Source: Octopus vulgaris (Eukaryota). From it: a stretch of 64,000 nt of DNA. Every line of letters starts with the position of its first letter. Within the stretch, counting starts at the first letter, position 1. The stretch covers positions 17,174,001 to 17,238,000 of the forward strand of contig OX597817.1 of assembly GCA_951406725.2 (NCBI GenBank). Direction: 5' to 3'. Of this stretch, positions 52,303 to 64,000 are shown one piece after another. The notes beneath the pieces were generated by a model. The model worked only from the letters and a program-made list of their open reading frames with translations, did not search any database and was not told where the DNA came from. The translations under genes and the position numbers were made by a program.

Positions 52303-52729
52303 CATCATCGTTTATCATCATCATCGTTTAGCGTCCGTTTTCCATGCTAGCATGGGTTGGACGGGTCAACTGGGGTCTGTGAAGCTGGAAGGCTTCGTCA
52401 GGCCCAGTCAGATCTGGCAGTGTTTCTACGGCTGGATGCCCTTCCTAACGCCAACCACTCCGCGGCCATGCTGGAGCACCGCCTTTAATCGAGCAACTCG
52501 ACCCCGGGACTTATTCTTTTTGTAAGCCCAGTATATATAAGCCAACCATAAGCCAACCATATATATATATATATGTATGTATATATATAGACGTCTTGTG
52601 CTATTTTGTCCCGTACTTGTCTCTCATGTGTTTACATATTTCTCACTCATTGGTGATGTCCTGTACTTGATGTATTTTATATTTATTTATAATTGAACGC
52701 CATGCACCCTTGTCCACAGTAAGATTTTA

Positions 52730-52773
<44 letters not shown>

Positions 52774-53154
52774 AGATAGAGAGGGAGATAGAGAGAGAGG
52801 GAAAGAGCTGATGAGTTTTCATCAGGAAGACTCAAACTAACAGGCATGTGTTCTGAGTGCTGAAATAGGTATGTTACCTATTTGTCCTTGCCCTGCATTG
52901 CCTAATTGATTGTCTTTTTATGGGGCAGCCTATCATGAATTCCTCTATTATTGCCAGGAGGACTAAGAGGGGCTGAAGACTGATCCTTGGTGAGCCCCTA
53001 TGCATAGACACACATGATGAAATGCATGTAGGAATTTTAACAAACTTGTGCTTATCAAAACTACTTAGCAAAGTAGCTATTCCACAACTATGCAGAAAGC
53101 AGACTGGATTAGGAAAATATACATGAAGCTCTAAACAATAGCAGTCATGCATCT

Positions 53155-53159
53155 AATAT

Positions 53160-53206
<47 letters not shown>

Positions 53207-53271
53207 AATATATACACACATATACATATATACATACATATATATACACACACACACACATATATATATAG

Positions 53272-53368
<97 letters not shown>

Positions 53369-53370
53369 AA
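53155..53370. repeat. (TA)/(CA) compound microsatellite
   Basis: Direct reading. Confidence 0.93.
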
Positions 53371-53588
53371 TAGGCACAGGCATGCCACCTTGGGCAAGTC
53401 TTTTCTACTATAGCCTTGGGCATCTTTCTATCAAATCCACTTACAAGGAATTTGTTGGCCTGGGCTACAGTAGAAGACACTTCCCCAGGGTACCACAAAG
53501 TGGGACTGAATCTAAAAACCACATGGCTTGGATGTGAAACAGCCATGCCTGCATCCTTATATAAAGAAACACACACACTAATGTGTGA

Positions 53589-53638
<50 letters not shown>

Positions 53639-54157
53639 GTATATGCATAGACTTTTTTTTCATTGATAACCATATTACAGTATCCATTGCATAATGTGAC
53701 AGTAAATAATAAGGACTCCATTGACAGAGGAAAAGAATACTTACACTTAATCATAAACCTTATCAAGTCATTTGTATAAGCCTGTTTTATACACACACAC
53801 ACACACAGATAAATATATATGTTGCTATAGTAACTGCTGGACAGTTAAAAAGTTCACTTCACAACTACAAGGTCTTAGTTTCTTTCCCACAGTATGATAT
53901 CATGTGCAAAGGTCACATATCATGATATCACTTAATATCATTTATCGTAAGCCTTGAATCAACGCATACCTTTTGAGTGAAATGGGGTAGACAGAAGCAA
54001 CACGGAAGCCCGTCACATGGACTATACCTGTAATTCGCATGGTGCACTCTTGTTACACACACACACAAGTACATACCCACTGTGTCACATAGATTCTACC
54101 TAAGAATTATGTTGTGTACACCTGTCTGTGGAATTCTCAGTTACTTACACATTAGTC

Positions 54158-54482
54158 CATCATCATTATCATCGTTTAATGTCCGTTTTCGGTGCCAGCA
54201 CGAGTTGGACGGTTTCACCGGGGTCTGGGAAGCCAGGAGGCTGCACCAGGCTCCAGTCTGATCTGGCAGTGTTTCTACAGCTGGATGCCTTTCCTAATGC
54301 CAACCACTCCATGAGTGTAGTGGGTACTTTCTACATGCCACCAGCACGTAGATAGGGGAGGCTGGCAGCAGCCACGATTGGTTGGTGCTTTTTACGTGCC
54401 ATCGGCACAGAAGCCAGTCAAGGCGGCGCTGGCATCGGCCACATTCAGATGGTGCTTTTTACGTGCCACCGGCACAGGTATC
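54158..54482 (-). mobile_element. RTE 3'-UTR fragment
   Basis: (CAT)n followed by the reverse complement of the RTE 3' UTR. Confidence 0.85.
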
Positions 54483-54595
54483 AAATCATTTAATCAACTA
54501 AATATTTGAATCATTATCATCAAACAAGAGGTTCACCACCAGCACATGTGTGAATAAGAGAGAGAGAGAGAGAGTGAAAGTTTGAAATCATTTTT

Positions 54596-54982
54596 GGCTG
54601 TGTGGTAAGTAGCTTGCTAACCAACCACATGGTTCTGGGTTCAGTCCCACAGCATGGCACCTTGGGCAAGTGTCTTCTGCTATAGCCCCGGGCCGACCAA
54701 TGCCTTGTGAGTGGATTTGGTAGACGGAAACTGAAAGAAGCCTGTCGTATATATGTATATATGTGTGTTTGTCACATATATATATATATGTGTGTGTGTG
54801 TTTGTCCCCCTAGCATTGCTTGACAACCGATGCTGGTGTATTTACATCCCCATCACTTAGCGGTTCGGCAAAAGAGACCGATAGAATAAGTACTGGGCTT
54901 ACAAAGAATAAGTCCAGGGGTCGATTTGCTCGACTGAAAGTGGTGCTCCAGCATGGCCGCAGTCAAATGACTGAAACAAGTA
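54596..54982 (+). mobile_element. SINE family A
   Basis: Same family. Confidence 0.9.
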
Positions 54983-55514
54983 GTAAAAGATAAAAGATAA
55001 AGCTAGTTTTTCTATGGAGGCGGAGTATATTCAGTGGAATAAACTGGTTAACCCACAGATTAATTTGAACTCGGAACATAATGAATGAAATGAAAGAAGA
55101 TACTATACTGAAATTAGCCAAGCCCTGTTTCAAACACAAACTAAATGAATGAATAAAATATACTTAACAATAACAAGGTAGGAGTAAATACAAGCAGTCT
55201 TTGACAATTCATTAATGGAGATTAATAAATACTGCCTGAAATAATTATGATGCCTCTAGTGGAAGCTATTTATTATAGTTCAGGCTTATTCTATCATGCA
55301 ACAATTAACAAATACACTTCCAATTTAAATAAGAGGAAGAGGAACAAAAATCAAATTGCCTGGGGAAGGGTTTTACTTAATTTTATGTTTGCTTTTATTT
55401 TACAACTTCCATGGGTGTGTAAAGAAAAAAATTGTCTTCTTCAATTATAAATTTAAGAGTTGTCCTTGTCTTTAAATAACAGAAGTTTAATTAATATTTT
55501 TTATTTAATATTCT

Positions 55515-58507
55515 TGTACCCCACAACATAGACTGGTAGTTAGTGACAGAAGAATGTACCCCACAACATAGACTGGTAGTTAGTGACTTTAGGATCAGGA
55601 CTAGGAGGACAACCAGAAGACGACAAATATGGAGAAGAAGGATCTGGAAGCTTAAAGATCCTGCAAATGGACAGAGATTTAGGGACATATTACTTGAAGC
55701 CTCTGACGAAGTAGAAGGGGATAGAGCATCACAGGGGGTAGAAGACAGCTGGACGTTTCTAAGGGACAACCTGCTGAGAGCCACTGACCAGATCTGTGGC
55801 TGGTGCAAAGTCCCCTCTCGACCTAGAATAACGTGGTGGTGGAACAATATTGTAGACAGGGCTATTAGAGAAGAGACAGGCTTGGAAGGTCTGGAAAAAT
55901 GGGGGTAGCAGGGAATTGTATCAGACTGCCAAAAGAGAAGCTAGGAGACAGGTTTATTTAGCCAGAGGGGAAGCAGATAAGAAAAATTTGCCAATGTTCT
56001 GCGCCGTGAGGACCAAAGACTGGAGGTGTTTCGTGTTGCAAGACAGTGTGTGAGAGAGAATCGTGATGTGGTAGGAGAGAAGTGTGTTCGCATGGAAGAT
56101 GGTTCACTTGCGCTAAATGAGGATGCAAAGAGAGAGGTTTGGAGATGCCACTATGAAAGGTTGCTGAATGAAGAAAATGAATGGGATAAAGGGAGTCTGC
56201 CGAATGTTGACCCAACAGAGGGACCAGCTATCCGAGTTGATAGTTCTGTGGTAGCTAAGGCAATTAGAAGCATGAAGACAGGGAAAGCCCAGGCCCATCA
56301 GGAATCACTGCAGAGATGCTCAAAATGTCTGGTAGTGTCGGCTATAGCCTAGTCACCCATATAGTTAATCAGGTGATACACAAAGGGGTCATACCCAATG
56401 ACTGGTGTAGCAGTATAATAGTCAACTGCTACAAAGGTAAAGGTGATGCCCTAGATACAAATAACTACAGAGGTATCAAGCTGTTGGACCAGGTGATGAA
56501 GGTTACGGAGAGGGTCATAGCCCAACTAATTAGAGAGAGAGTTAGTTTAGATGAGATGCAGTTTGGGTTTGTGCCAGGGAAAAGTACTACTGATGCTATA
56601 TTCCTGGTAAGGCAGCTGCAGGAGAAATACCTAGCCAAAGATAAGCCCCTGTACCTGGCTTTTGTTGACATGGAGAAAGCCTTCGACAGGGTCCCCCGAT
56701 CCCTTATCTGGTGGGCAATGAGAAAACTAGGGATAGATGAATGGTTAGTGAGAGCTATGCGGGCCATGTATAGGGACGCCGCTAGTAGCGTGAGGGTTGG
56801 AAATGAGTACAGTGAAGAATTCCGGGTAGAGGTAGGGGTCCACCAAGGCTCAGTACTCAGCCCCCTCCTATTTATCATAGTCCTCCAGGCAATAACGGAG
56901 GAATTCAAGACAGGATGCCCTTGGGAGCTCCTCTATGCTGATGACCTTGCTCTAATTGCTGAGTCGCTATCAGAACTGGAGGAGAAGTTTCAGGTGTGGA
57001 AACAAGGATTAGAATCGAAGGGCCTCAGAGTCAATCTAGCTAAAACCAAAGTCGTAATCAGTAGGAAGGTAGACAAATCACAAACACCTTCAGGTAGATG
57101 GCCCTGCTCGATCTGTAGAAAAGGTGTAGGTAGAAACTCTATAAGATGCACCAAGTGTAAGCTATGGACACATAAGAGATGCAGCAATGTCAAAGGAAGG
57201 CTAACTAGGAAGATGGTTTTTGTATGTGGCAGATGCTCAGGAACAATAAACACTGAAAATGCTCTGAGACCAACTTCCGTCACTTTCCAGGGAGAAAAAC
57301 TAGAAATAGTTGATAGTTTCCATTACCTAGGTGACCAAGTCAGCAGCGGGGGCAGGTGTGCTGAAAGTGTAACTGCTAGAGTAAGAATAGCTTGGGCAAA
57401 GTTCAGAGAGCTCTTACCTCTGCTGGTGACAAAAGGCCTCTCGCACAGAGTGAAAGGCAGACTGTATGATGCGTGTGTACGAACAGCCATGCTACATGGC
57501 AGTGAAACATGGGCCGTGACTGCTGAGGATATGCGTAAGCTCGCTAGAAATGAAGCCAGTATGCTCCGATGGATGTGTAATGCCGGTACTCACACTCGGC
57601 AGAGTGTAAGTACCTTGAGAGAAAAGCTGGACCTAAGAAGCATCAGTTGTGGTGTGCAAGAGAGACGTTTGCGCTGGTATGGTCATGTGGCGAGAATGGA
57701 TGAAGATAGTTGTGTGAAAAAGTGCCACACCCTAGCGGTTGAGGGAACCTGTGGAAGAGGCAGACCCAGGAAAACCTGGGATGAGGTGGTGAAGCACGAC
57801 CTTCGAACTTTAGGTCTCACTGAGGAAATGACTAGAGACCGAGACCTCTGGAAGTGTGCTGTGCGCGAGAAGACCCGGCAGGACAAGTGAGTCCACAACC
57901 CGTGGCCTTCTACATGGGATGGAGCCAGCCTACGTATGCATACCTTCCCTTCTTGGGACACAAAACTCTACTTGTGAAGATGTGTTGAGGCAAGTGAGGA
58001 TCAGAATCGAAATCGATCAATGGAAATTGCGGATGTGCTACCAGTGCCGGTGGCATGTCGAAACTCTGCTTGTGAAGACCCATTGAGGCAAGTGAGGATC
58101 AGAATCGAAATCGATCAATGGAAATCGATCAATGGAAATTGCAGATGTGTTACCAGTGCCGGTGGCATGTAAGAGAACTTTCCGTTTCGCAACCGTTGCC
58201 AGCACCGCCCCGTTTCGTGTCCGTTGCCAGCCTCGCCTGGCCCTCGTGCCGGTGGCACATAAAAAGCACCATCCGTTCGTGGCCGTTTGCCAGCTCTGTC
58301 TGGCACCAGTGCGGGTGGCACGTAAAAAGCACCCACTACACTCACGGAGTGGTTGGCGTTAGGAAGGGCATCCAGCCGTAGAAACACTGCCAGATTTGAC
58401 TGGGCCTGATGAAGCCTTCTGGCTTCACAGACCCCAGTAGAACCGTCCAACCCATGCTAGCATGGAAAACGGACGCTAAATGATGATGATGATGATGATG
58501 ATGATGA
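55515..58507 (+). mobile_element. 5'-truncated RTE-clade LINE (end of APE domain, RT, 3' UTR, (GAT)n tail)
   Basis: PQHRLVVSDF (APE end); frameshifts at about 55870, 55990 and 56290; RT ORF; RTE-type C-terminus RRLRWYGHVARM...GRGRPRKTW; (GAT)n tail. Confidence 0.95.
56316..57890 (+). CDS. RTE reverse transcriptase (partial ORF, 524 aa) with embedded PHD-like finger
   Basis: NYRGIKLL, QFGF, FVDMEKAFD, GVHQGSVLSP, LYADD and YLG motifs. Confidence 0.92.
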   Translation: MLKMSGSVGYSLVTHIVNQVIHKGVIPNDWCSSIIVNCYKGKGDALDTNNYRGIKLLDQVMKVTERVIAQLIRERVSLDEMQFGFVPGKSTTDAIFLVRQLQEKYLAKDKPLYLAFVDMEKAFDRVPRSLIWWAMRKLGIDEWLVRAMRAMYRDAASSVRVGNEYSEEFRVEVGVHQGSVLSPLLFIIVLQAITEEFKTGCPWELLYADDLALIAESLSELEEKFQVWKQGLESKGLRVNLAKTKVVISRKVDKSQTPSGRWPCSICRKGVGRNSIRCTKCKLWTHKRCSNVKGRLTRKMVFVCGRCSGTINTENALRPTSVTFQGEKLEIVDSFHYLGDQVSSGGRCAESVTARVRIAWAKFRELLPLLVTKGLSHRVKGRLYDACVRTAMLHGSETWAVTAEDMRKLARNEASMLRWMCNAGTHTRQSVSTLREKLDLRSISCGVQERRLRWYGHVARMDEDSCVKKCHTLAVEGTCGRGRPRKTWDEVVKHDLRTLGLTEEMTRDRDLWKCAVREKTRQDK

Positions 58508-60704
58508 TTCTTATTTTTTTATTTGTTATTTTTTTTTTCTTAAATAATAAAAATCAATACTTAATCTTTTTTTTTTTTTTCTTAAATAACAGTTTCAGCA
58601 GTTAATGCATTGTAGAATTATAGGGTGAGCTCTGCATTATTGCACTTTGAGTCTAAATTCAAAGTGCAAATTAATAAAACAATTAAAATATGAGAAAACT
58701 AAGTTATCAGGGTTGTAAAAGGAATAGAAATAATCAGCAAATCTAATCAAAATATTTTATAACAGGTGAAGCACCCAAACATCAGTAGCATGTGACAGGA
58801 TATGTTAAGTTTTACTATCTCATGGAGAGATTTGAAGTAGAGTTTAGAACACTACTTGTAAAATAACATTGAGTCAGAAAATATGACCGAGTGCAGGAGT
58901 GGAAGTAGAGTTTGCTTTGTAACCACTAAACCTTAAGTTCTATTTCACCATGCAGTATTTTAGACAAGAGTCTTTCACTATAACCTGAGGCTTATCAATG
59001 CTGTGCATACACTACAAAGTATCAAGCACATACATTACATTAATATTACATACATAACATTATACACATTATATGCATCACATACATACATGTATTACAT
59101 GCATACATAACATGTATATGTGTGTATGTGCACGTCTATACATTAAATGTATATATGTACACACACATGCATGTATATATATAGAGAGAGAGTTCAAATT
59201 CCGCTGAGGTCAACTTTGCCTTTCATCCTTTCGAGATCGATAAATAGAGTACCAGTTATGCACTGGGGTCGATGTAATCGACTTAATCCCTTTGTCTGTC
59301 CTTGTTTGTCCCCTCTATGTTTAGCCCCTTGTGGGCAATAAAGAAATATATATATATATAGACTTGTTACAGATTTAAGGGCCCCCTTAATTGTCAGCTA
59401 ACATCTTGATTTAAGTTTTCTGCTACCAAATCCCATGATATTGCTTCAAATAAATCTTGATTTTTATGACTATACCCACTATGATTTCTGCCGGCTCCCT
59501 CAGCCCTACCCCTAACAGACCCAGCCTTAGATATACAGGGATTTGATAAAACTAGTCTATAAATTAAAACCCGGCCCCATATAAAAGTGACAAGCAAAAT
59601 CTGTAACAAGTCTTTCTTCCTGATAACTAAGTAGCTTCTAAGTGGAAGGAAGGGCAACAATGTTCTTTGTCTATCTCCTTAACTTCTTGGAGATTTTAGG
59701 CAAAATTATATTAATGTATCCATCTGTTTTAATCTAATTAAATTCTACGTCTTTGTGCAGCTGAGGATTGCTCTGCATTTAAATTGATGTAATGGTTGCA
59801 TTGTTCAATTAAATGGAGTTGCATGAAACGATCATACTGCATTACCTCTGGATATCCTTGTTGCTTATTTTGATTCTAATCACCTAATTTTGAAATTGTA
59901 TGGATAATACTGTATTAAATTCTGGTGCCTCAACTTAAGTACCATATTCATCTGAATCTAAATTTTTGCTGAACTCATATATATATATATATATATATAT
60001 ACATACATACATACACACCTATCTACATAACAACCCACACACATACTTCTATCTACATAGCAACCCACTAACTATTCTACTTTACCCACAGTTTACACGA
60101 GTAGAATAGTTAGTGGGCTGTTATGTAGATAGATGTATGTGTGTGGGTGGGTGTATATATATTTATATATATATATTTCTGTATATGCACATGTATGTAA
60201 GCGTATGGATATGAAAGTAAACAGATCAACATACAGACGCATAGGTACATAGGTTATATGAACAGACAAGCACACATATGCAAATGAAGACTGAAACACA
60301 TGACCAAATATACACACACATACGCACATAAATAGATACGTATGCACACACACATATATGCATACACACACACATACATACATACATGCATATATAGACA
60401 CACACACACAGATGTGCACAAACAAACAAAAAGGAATGCAGTGTGAGTAATGGACAGAGTCAAAACTATTGAAAAGGTTGCAAGACGCAACGAAAATTTT
60501 AGAAACATAAAAAAGAAATAAGTGGAAATCTTACCGGTGAGTGTTTTAAATTATAAGGCACCAAAAGAGAATGACTCTCCCCAGACACAACAGAATATGC
60601 TTCAACACACGAACTCACATAGAGAATCTTGCAAACCAAATCCAAAAAGGAAATACACACAGACACACAACATGAATACATATATAATGGGCATACATAA
60701 CATA

Positions 60705-61282
60705 CATCATCATCGTTTAACGTCTGTTTTTCCCGCGCTAGCACGGGTTGGACGGTTCGACCGGGGTCTGGGAAGCCAGGGGCTGCTCCAGGCTCCAGTC
60801 TGATCTGGCAGAGTTTCTATGGCTGGATGCCCTTCCTAATGCCAACCACTCCGCGAGTGCAGTGGGTGCTTTTTACGTGCCACCTGCACAGGTGCCAGGG
60901 GAGGTCCGGCATCGGTCACGATCGGTAGGAGCTTTTAACGTGCCAGCGGCACGGAAGCCAGCCAGGCGGCGCTGGCAACGTTCGGATGGTCTTTTTATGT
61001 GCCACCGGCACAGGAGCCAGTCGGGGCGGTGCTGGCATCGGCCACGTTCGGATGGTGCTTTTGTGCCACCGGCACAGAAGCCAGTCGGGGCGGCACTGGC
61101 ATCAGCCACGTTCGGATAGTGCTTTTTATGTGCCACCGGCACACAGGAGCCAGTCAGGGCGGCGCTGGCATCGGCCACGTTTGGATGGTGCTTTTTATGT
61201 GCCACCGGCACAGAAGCCAGTCGGGGCGGCGCTGGCATCGGCCACGTTCGGACCGTGCTTTTTCCGAACGTGGCCGGCACAT
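60705..61282 (-). mobile_element. RTE 3'-UTR fragment with expanded ~55-60-bp units
   Basis: About six GGTGCTTTT...GTGCCACCGGCAC units. Confidence 0.85.
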
Positions 61283-61752
61283 GCATACATATCAATATTA
61301 TTTTGATCAATGGATCAAAAGAATATTAAAATAGCCACATAGTTAAAACACAACTGGCCACAAGAGAAAACAAGATCTGTTGCAGAAATTAGTTGCTCTA
61401 TAGACACTAATGAGGTTAAAAAAATGTAAGAGAACAACTGTGGACCATTGATAAGGGGCTTGCAAATCCAGTACCCAACAAACACTTTCATTTTTGTACC
61501 TATTGAAGCAACAAGATACATACCAATTCACTTACAGCAAGGAATGGCTGAGCTTCAATTCTTGGAGAGGGAGTGTGACTTCTTAATTCATTTTTTACAA
61601 ATGATTATATCTAGGATAATGGAAATCAGTAAAACTTTGGGATTTAAAGAGTGATGAATAACACAAGATGCTTTCCTTGACAACTTTGTGATTGTGCTAG
61701 TGTGGCCAACCAAAATTAACTTTAAATTAAAAAAAAAAAATCAATGTATATA

Positions 61753-62152
61753 GCAGGAGTGGCTGTGTGGTAAGTAGCTTGCTTACCAACCACATGGTTG
61801 CGTGTTCAGTCCTACTGCGTGGCATCTTGGGCAAGTATCTTCTACTATAGCCTCGGGCCGACCAAAGCCTTGTGAGTGAATTTGGTAGACGGAAACTGGA
61901 AGAAGCCTGTCGTATATGTATATATATATATGTGTGTGTGTGTTTGTGTGTCTGTGTTTGTCCCCCTAGCATTGCTTGACAACCGATGCTGGTGTGTTTA
62001 CGTTCCCGTCACTTAGCGGTTCGGCAAAAGAGACTGATAGAATAAGTACTGGGCTTACAAAGATTAAGTCCCGGGGTCGATTTGCTTGACTAAAGATGGT
62101 GCTCCAGCATGGCCACAGTCAAATGACTGAAACAAGTAAAAGAGTAAAGAGT
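61753..62152 (+). mobile_element. SINE family A
   Basis: Same family. Confidence 0.9.
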
Positions 62153-62604
62153 ATACAAACACATACGTACATTACAATGGCTTTTTTCAGTTTCAGTCTA
62201 CCAAATTTTCTCACAAAGCTTTGGTTGGTCTAAGAATGAACCTAAAAGCATGTGGTTATGAAGCTAACTTGTTAACCACACAGCTATACACATGACTTTG
62301 GTTGGCCCAGGGTTATTGTAGAATACACTAGGCCAAGGTGCCATGTAGTGGGACTGAGCCTAAAGCCATGTATAGTAATCCCTCACCATATCGCAGTTTA
62401 TTATTTAAGCTTACATCGATTCCTCTGTGGTGGTGTTTTGCATTTATAATTAAATAAATATATACTAATTATAAAAATAAATTTTAAAAATTCGTGAATT
62501 TTCACCTATCACAAGGGGTTGGGGTGGAACATAACACCCACAATAGTCAAAGGATTAGAGTAGTTAGGAAGCAAACTTTCTAACTACACAGCTATATAAT
62601 ATAT

Positions 62605-63028
62605 ACGTAAAAAGCACCATCTGATCGTGGCCATTTGCCAGCCTCGCCTCACCTCTGTGCCGGTGGCACGTAAAAGCACCATCCGATCGTGGCCGTTTGC
62701 CAGCCTTGCCTGGCCTCCGTGCCGGTGGCACATAAAAAGCACCATCCGATCGTGGCCATTTGCCAGCCTTGCCTGGCCTCTGTGCCAGTGGCATGTAAAA
62801 AGCACCATCCGATCATGGCCGTTTGCCAGCCTCGTCTGGCACCTGTGCCAATGGCACGTAAAAAGCACCCACTACACTTATGGAGTGGTTGGCATTAGGA
62901 AGAGCATCCAGCCGTAGAAACATTGCCAGATCAGACTGGGCCTGGTGCAGCCTTCTGGCTTCCCAGACCCCAGTTGCACCATCCAACCCATGCCAGCATG
63001 GAAAGCAGATGCTAAATGATGATGATGA
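62605..63028 (+). mobile_element. RTE 3'-UTR fragment with ~4 tandem units
   Basis: AAAAGCACCATCCGATCGTGGCC units. Confidence 0.85.
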
Positions 63029-63269
63029 AAACAAAGAGGAGAATGGAGATTTATTCACATCCAAAACTTTTCATTAAAACATTTTCTACAGCATATATAA
63101 CAATGACCAGCATATGTTTCAACTGCAGCAACTGCACGTTGTTTCGTATGCAATTATGCATCCTAGTCGCAATTTCATCAAGGGTCCATCACTTAGGATG
63201 TTTTCAAAGTGAACTAATTCAAACAAGCTTCCTGCATTGGTATTCTGTTGAAGGTTATTTTTTTTTTTC

Positions 63270-63665
63270 TCTTTTTACTTGTTTCAGTCATTTGACTGCG
63301 GCCATGCTGGTGCACCGCCTTTAATCGAGCAACTCGACCCCGGGACTTATTCTTTGTAAGCCCAGTACTTATTCTATCGGTCTCTTTTGCTGAACCGCTA
63401 TGTGACGGGGACATAAACACACCAGCATCAGTTGTCAAGCAATGCTAGGGGGACAAACACTGACACACAAACATACACGCACATACATATATATGCATAT
63501 ATACGACGGGCTTCTTTCAGTTTCCATCTACCAAATCCACTCACAATGCTTTGGTCGGCCCGAGGCTATAGTAGAAGACACTTGCCCAAGGTGCCACGCA
63601 GTGGGACTGAACCCGGAACCATGTGGTTGGTAAACAAGCTACTTACCACGCAGCCACTCCTGCGC
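63270..63665 (-). mobile_element. SINE family A
   Basis: Same family. Confidence 0.9.
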
Positions 63666-63881
63666 TATAGCGTTACTTTTTAAATCAAATTGAATTCTAT
63701 ATGAGAGAGAGAGAGAAAGTGAGAGAGGAAAAGAGAGTGAAAAAGAGTAAAGAAGAGAAAGATGAAAGAATGAATGAGAAGCCAGAGAGAGTGTAAAAGT
63801 AAGTTAGTGAAGAGACAACTCTTCAAATATTATAGCAGGTAAAAACAAAGAAATTCTTGGCTACACAGAAGCTGCTCAACT

Positions 63882-64000
63882 TTAACCCTTTAGCATTTAA
63901 ACTGGCCATATCCGGCCAAAATATTTGATCTGTTTTATGTTCAAACTGACCAGATCCAGGCTCTCACACCTACCCTACAATGTTATTCTACATTAAGTAA
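63882..64000. mobile_element. piggyBac-like MITE (same family as 19701, inverted; runs off the window)
   Basis: TTAACCCTTTAGCATTTAAAC matches the reverse complement of 19912-19932. Confidence 0.7.

Noticed and set aside
52808-52850. CTGATGA-GTTTTC..GAAGAC hammerhead-like motif
   Set aside because: GAAA is replaced by TCAAA, and there is no stem I or stem III pairing.
53745-53781. Candidate upstream Amph exon (AYTNDLIRFMIK, gtaagt donor, phase 1 out)
   Set aside because: The acceptor lacks a polypyrimidine tract, it is 37 nt where about 55 nt is expected, and it has no clear similarity to the RLQKDL motif.

Overview
AT-rich, repeat-dense animal genomic DNA. The SINE/LINE repertoire and microsatellites point to an octopod cephalopod (inferred from recall, no search run). 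Most of the window is the minus-strand, multi-exon gene for an amphiphysin/BIN1-family N-BAR + SH3 protein. Eleven coding exons splice in frame from 47629 down to the TGA at 4778-4780; the N-terminal exons were not found and probably lie beyond the right edge. One 96-nt BAR exon is present twice, inside an ~890-bp tandem duplication. The introns hold a 5'-truncated RTE LINE with a PHD-type zinc finger, many RTE 3' ends, tRNA-derived SINEs, CR1 and mariner relics, MITEs, a Helitron and microsatellites. The most unusual structure is at ~41980-43056, where Penelope-like pLTR remnants carry three minimal type I hammerhead ribozyme motifs. One has a compensatory U3-A8 core. The other two face outward in a ~260-bp near-perfect palindrome.
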